This document shows, piece after piece, positions 26,441-34,849 of a stretch of 64,000 nucleotides of DNA (position 1 is the stretch's first letter; the number at the start of each line of letters is the position of its first letter). The notes beneath the pieces are model-generated. The model ran no database searches. It was not told the origin of the DNA and was given only the letters and a program-made list of their open reading frames with translations. The stretch comes from Gammaproteobacteria bacterium (GTDB lineage: Bacteria > Pseudomonadota > Gammaproteobacteria > Ga0077536). Location: positions 472,397 to 536,396 of the forward strand of contig JACKNG010000003.1 in assembly GCA_024235015.1 (NCBI GenBank), written 5' to 3'. The translations under genes and the position numbers were made by a program.

Positions 26441-27433
26441 TCAACGTGCCGCCCGCGCGCAGCGTGGCGGCGGCGCCGCGGTGCCGAGCCCGGTGAGGGC
26501 GCGATCGGCGAACAGCAACAGGTGACCGCGGGCGGCAGCCGCACTGCGCGCGCGTTCGCGTAGCGCCGCGTCGGCCGCGTACTCGACCACGAAGACGGGT
26601 TTGCCGGCATCGATCAGCGGCTTCAGATCGCTTTCGACCGTCGCCGTGTGGGTCGCTGCCTGCGGTTCGTCACCGAGGGTGTAGAGGTCCTCGACCGCGA
26701 TGCCGTCGACGGCCGCCGCGTACTCGGGGAACGCGAGCAAGGCGGAACCGTTCTGCGGTACCACCACGAAGCCCGGGCGGCGCCGGCGCGCGTGGGCAGC
26801 GATGGCCACGACCCAGCGCACCATGTCCTCGCGGTAGCTGCGCCCGGTCTCGGGGTTGATGCGCAGGGCCTGCCAGGTGTCGCTGACCGGGTCTTGCTCG
26901 AAGTACTGGAAGGCATCGACGATGTCGAGGTAGACGCCGTCGAACTCCTGCTCGAGCAGGTCGTCGAGATCGGCCAGCACGAGCTGCTGCCAGCGCTCGT
27001 CCCAGTAGCGCACCTTGTAGTTGCCGGGCCAGTCGGGATTGGGGGCGACGATGAAATCGGGGGTCGCCGCGCTCGGCCTGCCGGCGCCGTCGAAACGCCA
27101 GCCGGCCTGCCAGTACGGGCGGTAGTCCTCGGCCTCGCCGATGGAGAGATAGGACACGACGCTGCGGCCGGGCGCGGCATAGCGCATCGATTCCAGCTCG
27201 GGAATGCTCCAGCGCGCATCGCCGCCGCCGTAGGCGCGGTCGAGCACGAGCACGTCGCGCCCCGATCTCGCCAGCAGGTCGACCGCGGCGAGCCGGTTGG
27301 GTGACAACCGGTCGGCCTGCAGCACGTAGCCGATGCTGCACGGCGGGCTCGCCGCCCACGGTGCGATGTCACCGCCGTCGGCGCCGGCCAGTGGACTGAC
27401 CAGGACGAGCAGCAACGCCGGCAGGCGCGCCAA
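26441..27433 (-). CDS. Secreted GH114 / TM1410-family TIM-barrel glycoside hydrolase-like protein (PelA hydrolase-domain-like endo-alpha-1,4-polygalactosaminidase type)
   Basis: Motifs YLSIGEAEDYRPYW and EFDGVYLDIVDAFQYF recall GH114 (PelA hydrolase domain/Ega3). Signal peptide ARLPALLLVLVSPLAGA. Start uncertain: no ATG upstream of the signal peptide without entering the antisense of the response-regulator gene, so TTG at 27433 is proposed. The 510-aa ORF N-terminus is antisense read-through. Confidence 0.5.
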   Translation of the reverse strand: MARLPALLLVLVSPLAGADGGDIAPWAASPPCSIGYVLQADRLSPNRLAAVDLLARSGRDVLVLDRAYGGGDARWSIPELESMRYAAPGRSVVSYLSIGEAEDYRPYWQAGWRFDGAGRPSAATPDFIVAPNPDWPGNYKVRYWDERWQQLVLADLDDLLEQEFDGVYLDIVDAFQYFEQDPVSDTWQALRINPETGRSYREDMVRWVVAIAAHARRRRPGFVVVPQNGSALLAFPEYAAAVDGIAVEDLYTLGDEPQAATHTATVESDLKPLIDAGKPVFVVEYAADAALRERARSAAAARGHLLLFADRALTGLGTAAPPPRCARAAR

Positions 27434-27463
27434 GCCGCGCAGTGCACGGTAGACTACGCGCCC

Positions 27464-27865
27464 ATGACACCTCCGCCGCTCAAGAAAATCCTTCACGTCG
27501 ACGACTCCGACGACATTCGCGAACTGGTCCGCCACGGTCTCGAACGCGACGACAAGTACACCCTGATGTTCTGTGCCTCGACCGACGAGGCGATCGATCG
27601 CGCGCCGACCTTCGGTCCCGACCTGCTCCTGCTCGATTCCATCATGCCGGACATCTCCGGCGTCGGCCTGTACGAGAAGATCCGCGCACAGCCGGGGCTC
27701 GAAAACACCCCGGTGATCTTCCTCACCACGCAGGCCGAGACGCTCGATTTCACTTCCTTCCTGCGCGTCGGCGCCATCGACGTCATCGGCAAGCCCTTCG
27801 ACGTCAACACCCTGGCCGACACCATCGACGAAATCTGGCGCGAGCACTGGGCGCGGCAGGCCTAG
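27464..27865 (+). CDS. Single-domain response regulator (CheY-like receiver only)
   Basis: KKILHVDDSDDIRELV...LLLLDSIMPDISG...IFLTTQ...KPFD: Asp pocket, phospho-acceptor Asp and conserved Thr/Lys positions. 133 aa, no output domain. Confidence 0.8.
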   Translation: MTPPPLKKILHVDDSDDIRELVRHGLERDDKYTLMFCASTDEAIDRAPTFGPDLLLLDSIMPDISGVGLYEKIRAQPGLENTPVIFLTTQAETLDFTSFLRVGAIDVIGKPFDVNTLADTIDEIWREHWARQA

Positions 27866-27932
27866 CCCGCGGCGGGGCGGTGGCCGCCGGCACTTGCCGC
27901 AGATCTCGCCAGCGCGGGTCCATCGCATCTCG

Positions 27933-28322
27933 TCACTCGGCGCCGCCAGGCGCAGAATCGCCTCCGATCGCACCGCCGCGGTGGGGGCGGATGGTGCCCA
28001 TGCAGGTCACGCGGAACTTGGCCGGGACCGGCCCGCGCCTGACCCGGATCATCTCGGTATCGAGGGGACAGGTCACGATGCTGCGCACGTATTTGCAGGT
28101 GTAGCGCAGGATGCCGGTGTCACTGGGCAGGACCACCTCCTCGCGCTTGGCGGCCGGATAGAGCTTCTTCGATCCGCTGGCCTGGAGGTAGACGTCGCCG
28201 TGGGCACAGGTGAACTCCCGCTTACCGAGTTCGGTGAGTCCCACCACGGAAAACGGCACGAGCGCCATTAAACCGCCGAGTAACGCCACGCGCCAACCAC
28301 GGTTCACGTTCCGGTCGGGCAT
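27933..28322 (-). CDS. Hypothetical small protein with N-terminal TM/signal and four Cys (TCAHG, YTCKY, VTCPL, VTCMG)
   Basis: Non-biased composition (K, Y, I present) in a locally lower-GC stretch. Start ATG 28322 (MPDRNVNRGWRVALLGGLMALVPF). No family recognised. Confidence 0.4.
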   Translation of the reverse strand: MPDRNVNRGWRVALLGGLMALVPFSVVGLTELGKREFTCAHGDVYLQASGSKKLYPAAKREEVVLPSDTGILRYTCKYVRSIVTCPLDTEMIRVRRGPVPAKFRVTCMGTIRPHRGGAIGGDSAPGGAE

Positions 28323-28541
28323 GCGTGGTCTCCCGGCCTCATCCGAATACTGCATGGTTGCCCCAACGCGCTAGAAACACGCGGGGACAGTATAGGAATA
28401 TCCGGCGCCGCGCGATGCGGCGCATATACCTGCACCGTACGCAGCGCTCATCGCGCAGCGCAAGCGGCGCCCCGACGCGCGATGCCGCGACACCCGTGGC
28501 TGGGCATCGTCGTCCCTCCTCCCCGGCTTCACCGGCCCGCC

Positions 28542-29924
28542 TCAACCACGGATCGACGCGTTGTGCCGCACGAAGGTCTGGTACGGCAGGTCGGCGAGGA
28601 AACGCGCGGTCACCGCGTAGGCGACGATGAAGGTCAGCAGGCAGGCGAGAAAGAAACCGTAGCCGTAGTAGGCGAAGCCGAACTGCAGGCTGGCCCAGGC
28701 GAAGGCCGCATTGGCGGCGAGGAAGAAGGCCTGGATGATCACCACCGGCGCGCGGAAGTCGAAGTAGGCCAGCACGATCAACAGCATCAGTATCAGCACC
28801 TGGAACAGCGAACCGAGCACGCCGAGACGGAAGATGCCGAGCTGCAGGAAATCGATGCCGAAGATCTCGAAGATCTGCGGCGCGAGCAGGATGATGGCCA
28901 GGCTCACCGTACCCTGGATGACCATCATGTTGCGCACGCCGTCGACCAGGGTGCGTACCAGCAGGCGATGGTTGGCGCGGATGTGCTCGAGGTTGGCGTG
29001 GCGCTGCAATTCGCGGAAGAAGTGGATGTATGCCTCGTAGAAACGCGTCTCCACGATCATCATGAAGATCGCCATCGACGGCGTGATGGTGAGGTAGGCG
29101 AGGAACATCGCGCTGTCGTACTGCGGAAAGGTGACCAGCCCGCTGGCCGGATGCACGGCCTCGGGCGCCGTCCACATCACGAACTTGTCGACCCAGATGG
29201 CGGCGTTGTAGGCGAAGCCGGACAGGGCCAGCAGCCAGTAGGGTCGGAACGCCGGCAGGAAGGCGAACGGGCGCGTCACGGCGTAGGGATACTCGGCCAG
29301 GATCTTGGCCAGCAGCATGCTCACCGTCACCACCAGCCCGAGGGTGAAGGCGAGCAGCAGGCCCGCCGCGGTCGGCGCGTTGGCCATCGCGATGCCGGTC
29401 CCCAGCGCCGTGCCCATGCCGAACAGGAAGGCATGGGTGATGCTGCGGTAGTCCTTGAGCGCCGAGAGAAAGATCGAGACCAGCCACATGCAGCCGATGG
29501 CGACGAGGTTGATCACCGCCAGGGTCGCCACGGCCGGGGCGAGATCGGCAAAGCCGAAATACAGCGCGATGGCGAACGGCACCTGGGTGAGCAGCACGAC
29601 CGCGGTCGCACCGACCAGCATGGAGGGAGCGGCGCGCACGTCGGCGGCGTAGATGGCATCGGCCAGCACCCGGGTCAGCACGATCAGCAACGGCCCGCTC
29701 AACACCAGCGAGAAAGCGAAGTTGTAGATGATGACGGTGCGGAACTCTTCCAGCGCGGCGCGGTTGCCGCTGCCGGCGGCGTAGACCGACAGCCCGCCGA
29801 GCGCCAGTACGGTGAACAGCCACGGCCCGTTCGAGGCCATGGCGGAATGGGCGAAGCCCTGCAGGATGCCGAGCAGGTCGTCCTTGCGCGTCAGCTTGCG
29901 CAGGACGAAACCGATCCCGGCCAT
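28542..29924 (-). CDS. pelG: Pel exopolysaccharide locus: PelG-like 12-TM transporter (MATE/PST-like)
   Basis: 461 aa polytopic membrane protein from ATG 29924 (MAGIGFVLRKLTRKDDLLG..., recalled N-terminal signature of PelG). Start overlaps the pelF stop (ATGA). The other-frame ORFs 28339-30156 and 28482-29981 are rejected. Confidence 0.75.
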   Translation of the reverse strand: MAGIGFVLRKLTRKDDLLGILQGFAHSAMASNGPWLFTVLALGGLSVYAAGSGNRAALEEFRTVIIYNFAFSLVLSGPLLIVLTRVLADAIYAADVRAAPSMLVGATAVVLLTQVPFAIALYFGFADLAPAVATLAVINLVAIGCMWLVSIFLSALKDYRSITHAFLFGMGTALGTGIAMANAPTAAGLLLAFTLGLVVTVSMLLAKILAEYPYAVTRPFAFLPAFRPYWLLALSGFAYNAAIWVDKFVMWTAPEAVHPASGLVTFPQYDSAMFLAYLTITPSMAIFMMIVETRFYEAYIHFFRELQRHANLEHIRANHRLLVRTLVDGVRNMMVIQGTVSLAIILLAPQIFEIFGIDFLQLGIFRLGVLGSLFQVLILMLLIVLAYFDFRAPVVIIQAFFLAANAAFAWASLQFGFAYYGYGFFLACLLTFIVAYAVTARFLADLPYQTFVRHNASIRG

Positions 29925-31450
29925 CAGGCCACCGCCTCGTCGCGCGGCGCCGCCCCAGCCGCGTCGGGCATCTCGATGTAGCGCGCGTAGCGTTCGCCGT
30001 AGGCGACCATGACGTCGCGCTCCTGGTAGTAGCAGCGCACGCGTTCGCGGATCGCGGCACTGGCCTCGGCATACCACTCGGCGTCGAGCAGCAGGCGCGC
30101 CACCGCCTGCGCCGTGGCCTCGGGGTCGGACAGGCGCACCACCGCGCCGGCCGCACCCAGCGGCGGCGACTCGTCGCTGCGTCCGAACAGGATTTCCCGG
30201 CACGAACCGACGTCGGTCGCCACCGAGGGAATGCCGACCGCCCCGGCCTCGAGCAGGACCAGCGGCTGGGCTTCGCTGATCGAGGTCAGCACGATGACGT
30301 CGATGCCGCCGAGGTAGTCGTCGAGCCGCACGCGCCCGGTGAAACTCACGCTATCGCCGAGGCCGAGATGCTCGACCATCGCCACGCATTCCTCGTAGTA
30401 CTCCTCGTCCTCCTCGGTCGGCCCCATCACCAGCGCGCGCAGCTCCGGCACCGACTCGCGCAGGCGTGCGACCGCGCGGAGGTAGGACTTGACGTCCTTG
30501 ATCGGCACCACGCGCCCGATCAGGGCGATGGTCGGTGCGCGGCCCTCGCGCGAATGGGTGAGTGCCGAGAAACGCGGGAAGTCGATGCCGTTCGGTACCA
30601 CGGCGAGCTTGGCCGGGTCGGCGCCGTCGGCGATCTGGAAGGCCTGGTTGCCCTCGTAGAGGGTGATGATCTCGTCGCAGGCGTCGTAGCAGGCGCGTGA
30701 ATAACCTTCGAAGGCGGCGATCCAGAAGTCCTTCAGATCGAGCGCCGGGCGATCGATGCCGAGCCCCACCAGGGGCAGCTCGAACAGCCAGTCGGCCATC
30801 GCGATCTCGATGCGCCGCTCGTTGGTGTAGATGCCATGCTCGGTGACGATGGCCGGGCGTCCGGTCTCGATGCGCGCCCGCGCGGCGAACAGGCCGGCGT
30901 AACCCGTCGACACCGTGTGATAGACCCGCGCCCGCGGCATCGGCGCCACGATCAGGCTGAACAGCCCGCCCATCAATGCCCGCCATGACCAGAAGTAATC
31001 GAGGAAGGAGGTCTCGTGGTAGGTGTCGCTGTACATGTCGACGAGGAGCTGCCAGGCCTCGCGCGAATCGAGCAGCACGTCCTGGCCGAGCTCGTGGCGG
31101 CGCGGACCGATGATGTCGATGATGCGCGCCAGCGCCTGCGCCCCGCCACCCTGGACGAGATCCTCGATCGGGGCCCGCAGGCTGGTCAGCAGGCGGCGCT
31201 GGCCACGTACGCGGCGGCGGCCGCGCGCCAGCCGCTGCAGCGTCACCGGGGTCACCGCGACGACGTTGTCGGGCAGCTCGTAGCGGTGCACGAGGTCGGC
31301 GCCGGGCGGCATCAGGGTGAGGATGTGGAACGACAGCCCCGGCAGGCCGCGGATCAGATCGTGGGTCCAGGTCGACACGCCGCCGGCGACGTAGGGATAG
31401 GTGCCCTCCAGCACCAGGCAGACGTCGGCGCTGTGCGCCGCCCGGTTCAC
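29924..31450 (-). CDS. pelF: PelF-like GT4 glycosyltransferase
   Basis: N-terminus SADVCLVLEGTYPYVAGGVSTWTHDLIRGL matches the PelF signature; GT4 fold with EX7E-like C-terminal region. Proposed GTG start at 31450 overlapping the pelE stop (GTGA) gives 508 aa. The ATG at 31492 would overlap pelE by 46 nt. Confidence 0.8.
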   Translation of the reverse strand: MNRAAHSADVCLVLEGTYPYVAGGVSTWTHDLIRGLPGLSFHILTLMPPGADLVHRYELPDNVVAVTPVTLQRLARGRRRVRGQRRLLTSLRAPIEDLVQGGGAQALARIIDIIGPRRHELGQDVLLDSREAWQLLVDMYSDTYHETSFLDYFWSWRALMGGLFSLIVAPMPRARVYHTVSTGYAGLFAARARIETGRPAIVTEHGIYTNERRIEIAMADWLFELPLVGLGIDRPALDLKDFWIAAFEGYSRACYDACDEIITLYEGNQAFQIADGADPAKLAVVPNGIDFPRFSALTHSREGRAPTIALIGRVVPIKDVKSYLRAVARLRESVPELRALVMGPTEEDEEYYEECVAMVEHLGLGDSVSFTGRVRLDDYLGGIDVIVLTSISEAQPLVLLEAGAVGIPSVATDVGSCREILFGRSDESPPLGAAGAVVRLSDPEATAQAVARLLLDAEWYAEASAAIRERVRCYYQERDVMVAYGERYARYIEMPDAAGAAPRDEAVA

Positions 31451-32583
31451 GCCCCCGCCTCCTGGCCGCGGCGCGGCGCGAGGCCGGCCCACATCCGCGC
31501 GCTGTCACTGAGCACGTCGCGCGCGGCGCGACCCTGTGCACCGCGTGCCATTTCCTGGGCCAGCGCGCGCACCGCGTCGAAGTCGCCGCGGCGGTAGTGC
31601 GCCTCGAGCAGCCAGTTGTCGATGCTCGGATGGACGCCGTGACGCTCGCGCGTGGCGAGCAGCCAGTCGCGCGCCGCGTCGACCTCGCCGGCGCGCAGCA
31701 GCAGGCGGCCGACGGCGACGCGCGAATAGAGGTCGTCCGGTTCGTCGTCGAGGTAGCGGCGGTAAGTCTCGATGGCGCGCGTGCGTACGCGCTGCGTGCG
31801 GTCGCCATCGAGCAGGCCGGAGAAGGCATAGCGATCGAGGTGGCGGGCGAGTTCGAGCAGGTGCTTCGGCGCGGGATCGCGCGCGATACGCTTGTCCAGC
31901 GTCATCACGCGGTCGGCGAACTGGCTCTCGAGGTTGGTGATGGCCGTCGCCGCCTGGATGCGCACCGAGTTGTCGGTGTCTTCCAGCGCGCGCTTGAGTA
32001 CCGGCGCGAACGGTGGTTCGAAGTGGCGGCTCATCATGCTGATGGCGAGCTGCTTCTGTTCGCGGCTGCCGTAGTTGATGACGTCGGCGAAGGGGATCAC
32101 CGGCGACTTCGACTCGCGTTGCCGCACCGTCAGCATCAGCTCGTCGTAGATGCGTTCGTAGATGCGCCGGCCGCGCTCGGGAAAGAGTTCCTTGTACCAG
32201 TCCTCGAATGGCCGCGAGCTGCGCAGGTGACGCACGTAGAGCACGAACGCGAGCCCCGTGCTGGCGCTGCCGAGCGGCCCGAACAGCGCGGTCGCGAAGG
32301 CCAGGTACCAGGCCCAGAAGATGCGCGCCGCGTTGCGCCGCCGGAACTCGCTCACGCGCAGGCCGGGCTCCGCGCGGTCGGCATGCAGGCGGTCCTGGAA
32401 GCGATGGGTGTAGAGCGCGGCGTAGGTCGTGCACGCGCCGACGGTCAGCAGGTGGATGACCAGGGCGTCCTGCCACACCGGCCGGGCCTGGACGAACTCC
32501 AGCACGGCCGGCAGGTCGGCGATGGTGGCGACCGCGCACATGCCGACGAAGGCGCTGTTCCAGGCCAGGTCGATGCGCGTCAT
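31447..32583 (-). CDS. pelE: PelE-like inner-membrane TPR protein
   Basis: 378 aa from ATG 32583 (MTRIDLAWNSAFVGMCAVATIADL...). Two N-terminal TM helices and a helical TPR-like C-terminal region. Position between pelD and pelF. Start overlaps the pelD stop (ATGA). Confidence 0.7.
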   Translation of the reverse strand: MTRIDLAWNSAFVGMCAVATIADLPAVLEFVQARPVWQDALVIHLLTVGACTTYAALYTHRFQDRLHADRAEPGLRVSEFRRRNAARIFWAWYLAFATALFGPLGSASTGLAFVLYVRHLRSSRPFEDWYKELFPERGRRIYERIYDELMLTVRQRESKSPVIPFADVINYGSREQKQLAISMMSRHFEPPFAPVLKRALEDTDNSVRIQAATAITNLESQFADRVMTLDKRIARDPAPKHLLELARHLDRYAFSGLLDGDRTQRVRTRAIETYRRYLDDEPDDLYSRVAVGRLLLRAGEVDAARDWLLATRERHGVHPSIDNWLLEAHYRRGDFDAVRALAQEMARGAQGRAARDVLSDSARMWAGLAPRRGQEAGA

Positions 32584-34055
32584 GGCCGCCCCATGCCAGG
32601 CCGGAATGGCGCCGGGCCGCCGGCCGCGGCGGCCGCGTAATCGGGCTCGTGAATGGCGCGGGTGTCGAACGCCACGTCGACGCCGTCGAGTTCCGTCGGC
32701 AGGCGCTCGCGGAAGGCCGCGCACAGGCGCCGGCCGACCTGCTCGGCCTGGGACGGCCCGGCCAGCGGCAGCACGATGTCGAAATGGTGGCCGCTGTCGT
32801 CGCGTTCGAAGGCGAGGTCGGTATCGCGCAGCGAGGCCTGTACCGCCGCACTCAGGCTGCCGGCGATGACCGCGCGCTGGGTGCGCTCGCGCCCGGCCTG
32901 GTCGGCCACCGCGATCGAGACCACCGCGACGGGGAAGCGCGCACGTTCGGCGATCGCGCGCAGCAGTTGCTCCATGCGCGGGAAGAAGGTGCCGGCGTAG
33001 AGCTGGGTCTCGACATCGAGCGCGCGCTCGAGCTGGCCCTGGCGGTAGCGCTGGGCATTGGCATAGAACGCACCGACCCACTCGCACAGGACGCGGAAGA
33101 TCTCGACCGTGCTGAGGTTGAGATCGAGGAAGCCCATGTCCTCGATCTTGATCATGCCGCGCACCTCGCCGGTATCGGGATTGACCAGCGGCCCGGCGAC
33201 GATGCCCTGGCCGGCGAGGATTTCCTGGTCGGCCGGGTCGCTCACGCAGACCACGCGGGCGCGGCCGATGACTTCCTGGAACAGCGGCTGGTCGGCGCGG
33301 AAATTGCGCTTGTAACGATCGCGGCGATGCCAGCCCGACTGGATGGCGGCTTCGAGCTCGTCGCCGGCAAGCAGGTAGATGGAGCACTTCTGCGGGTTGA
33401 TCACCGCCTTGACGTTGTCGATCGCGCCGGTCAGGACCTGGGCCGGCTCCATGCTCTCGACGGCGCGCGCCGCGGTGTACATCGAGACCACGGTGCGCAG
33501 CTGGCCGGCGACGCGCACCTCGAGCTGGCTCTTGGTCTCGTTGAGCGATTCGTAGGCGGCGGCAATGGTGCCGGCGCGGGTGCGCGCCGCCTCGAGATCA
33601 CCACGCAGGTTGTCGCGTTCGCGGATCTGGCGCATGCGCAGCTCACCGAGCAGTACCGCGCTGACCGCCCACATCAGCGGCAGCCGCGCGAGCTCGAACA
33701 GCCAGGCGTAGAGATCCTGGCTCAGGCGCTGTTCGGGGACGTGGCCGGCGAACAGGGCGACGGCGCTGAAGCCGGCCGCCATCAGGCCTTCGCGCGAACC
33801 GTACTGGGTGGCGACGAAGACGACCAGGATCCAGAACGGGTGCGGCTGCCAGCTCCAGTAGCCGTTGCCGTCGAGCAGCAGCAGGTCGATACCGACCAGC
33901 AGGGCGAGGAAGCCGACGATCTCGGCCAGCGCGTTGCCGCGGAACCGCGGGCGCGCGGCGCTGCCGGCGGCGGCTGCCTCGGCTTCCGCCGCTTCCAGCT
34001 CCGCCTCGAGGTCGGGCTGGTCGGTCGCGGGCTGCTCGTCGCCGTGTTCGATCAT
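32580..34055 (-). CDS. pelD: PelD-like c-di-GMP receptor (TM + GAF + degenerate GGDEF)
   Basis: 491 aa. N-terminal TM helices (IVGFLALLVGIDLLLL, FWILVVFVATQY), central GAF-like and C-terminal degenerate cyclase-like region with RxxD-type context. Synteny with pelC/pelE. Confidence 0.7.
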   Translation of the reverse strand: MIEHGDEQPATDQPDLEAELEAAEAEAAAAGSAARPRFRGNALAEIVGFLALLVGIDLLLLDGNGYWSWQPHPFWILVVFVATQYGSREGLMAAGFSAVALFAGHVPEQRLSQDLYAWLFELARLPLMWAVSAVLLGELRMRQIRERDNLRGDLEAARTRAGTIAAAYESLNETKSQLEVRVAGQLRTVVSMYTAARAVESMEPAQVLTGAIDNVKAVINPQKCSIYLLAGDELEAAIQSGWHRRDRYKRNFRADQPLFQEVIGRARVVCVSDPADQEILAGQGIVAGPLVNPDTGEVRGMIKIEDMGFLDLNLSTVEIFRVLCEWVGAFYANAQRYRQGQLERALDVETQLYAGTFFPRMEQLLRAIAERARFPVAVVSIAVADQAGRERTQRAVIAGSLSAAVQASLRDTDLAFERDDSGHHFDIVLPLAGPSQAEQVGRRLCAAFRERLPTELDGVDVAFDTRAIHEPDYAAAAAGGPAPFRPGMGRP

Positions 34056-34143
34056 GGACGCTGGTGGCTGATTTCGCGAAACCTGGAACTGGTCGCCGGC
34101 GGCGCCGTCCCCGCTTCGGCCGCTGGGCCGCCGCGCCGCACGT

Positions 34144-34725
34144 TCAGGGCGCGCCGACGCGGCTCTGCAGGATGCTCACCATTTCGCCGACCAGGCGCTG
34201 GGCCGCGGCATTGACGCTGTCGCGCGCGATGTAGCCGCGCCCGGTGGTGGAATGGCTGGCGGCCCACAACACCTCGCCGGCAGCGCCGACCAGGCGCAGG
34301 TTGATCCCCACCACCGGTTCTTCGTGCAGGCCGTGCTGGTAGCCGTATTCCGACACGCTGCCGACCAGCACGGCATCGACGCCGAGCCGCCCGGCCAGCT
34401 CGGCGGCGCCGACCGATTCGGCGAGGTCGGCGGGTTCGATGTCGAGCCCGCCGAGCGCCTTGCGCAGCGCGGTACCCTCGGTCAGGTCGAACAACTGGCG
34501 CCGGTAGAGTTCGCTGGCGACCAGCTCGCCGACGATGAGGCCGGCCTTGGGGTAATTGGTGAGATTCTCCAGCGGGACCACGGCGACCCGCTGGCGCGCA
34601 CTCGCGCCCGTGCCGACGTAATCGACGGCATAACGGGTATCGGCGCACCCATTCAACAGGAGCGCCAGCACGGCACACAGCACGGCGGCGCCGCGGCACC
34701 GGGCAAGGGGACGGGTTCGACTCAC
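34144..34725 (-). CDS. pelC: PelC-like outer-membrane lipoprotein
   Basis: Lipobox VLALLLNGCAD. About 190 aa, as for PelC. Proposed GTG start at 34725; the ORF-table ATG at 34776 adds 17 residues. Confidence 0.65.
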   Translation of the reverse strand: MSRTRPLARCRGAAVLCAVLALLLNGCADTRYAVDYVGTGASARQRVAVVPLENLTNYPKAGLIVGELVASELYRRQLFDLTEGTALRKALGGLDIEPADLAESVGAAELAGRLGVDAVLVGSVSEYGYQHGLHEEPVVGINLRLVGAAGEVLWAASHSTTGRGYIARDSVNAAAQRLVGEMVSILQSRVGAP

Positions 34726-34849
34726 GTTCTGGCCTTGTTCTTCTTCCACTGCAACAACTTGCGTCCGTTCATCCACGGCCGGGACGGCGCGGCCGATTAT
34801 GGCAGTATCGGCACGCGCGGTGCCATTCCTTACCGGCCGCCAGCGCGCC

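Noticed and set aside
26441-27973. 510-aa minus-strand ORF (N-terminal extension of the GH114-like gene)
   Set aside because: The region above 27464 is antisense to the well-supported CheY-like receiver gene (27464-27865, +). The real gene must start below 27464, with TTG/CTG start candidates near 27433-27442.
28339-30156. 605-aa minus-strand ORF and 499-aa plus-strand ORF overlapping pelG
   Set aside because: These are alternative frames. Only the 28542-29924 frame gives a polytopic membrane protein with normal composition and the PelG-like N-terminus (MAGIGF...). The others are Arg/Pro/Gly/His-rich.
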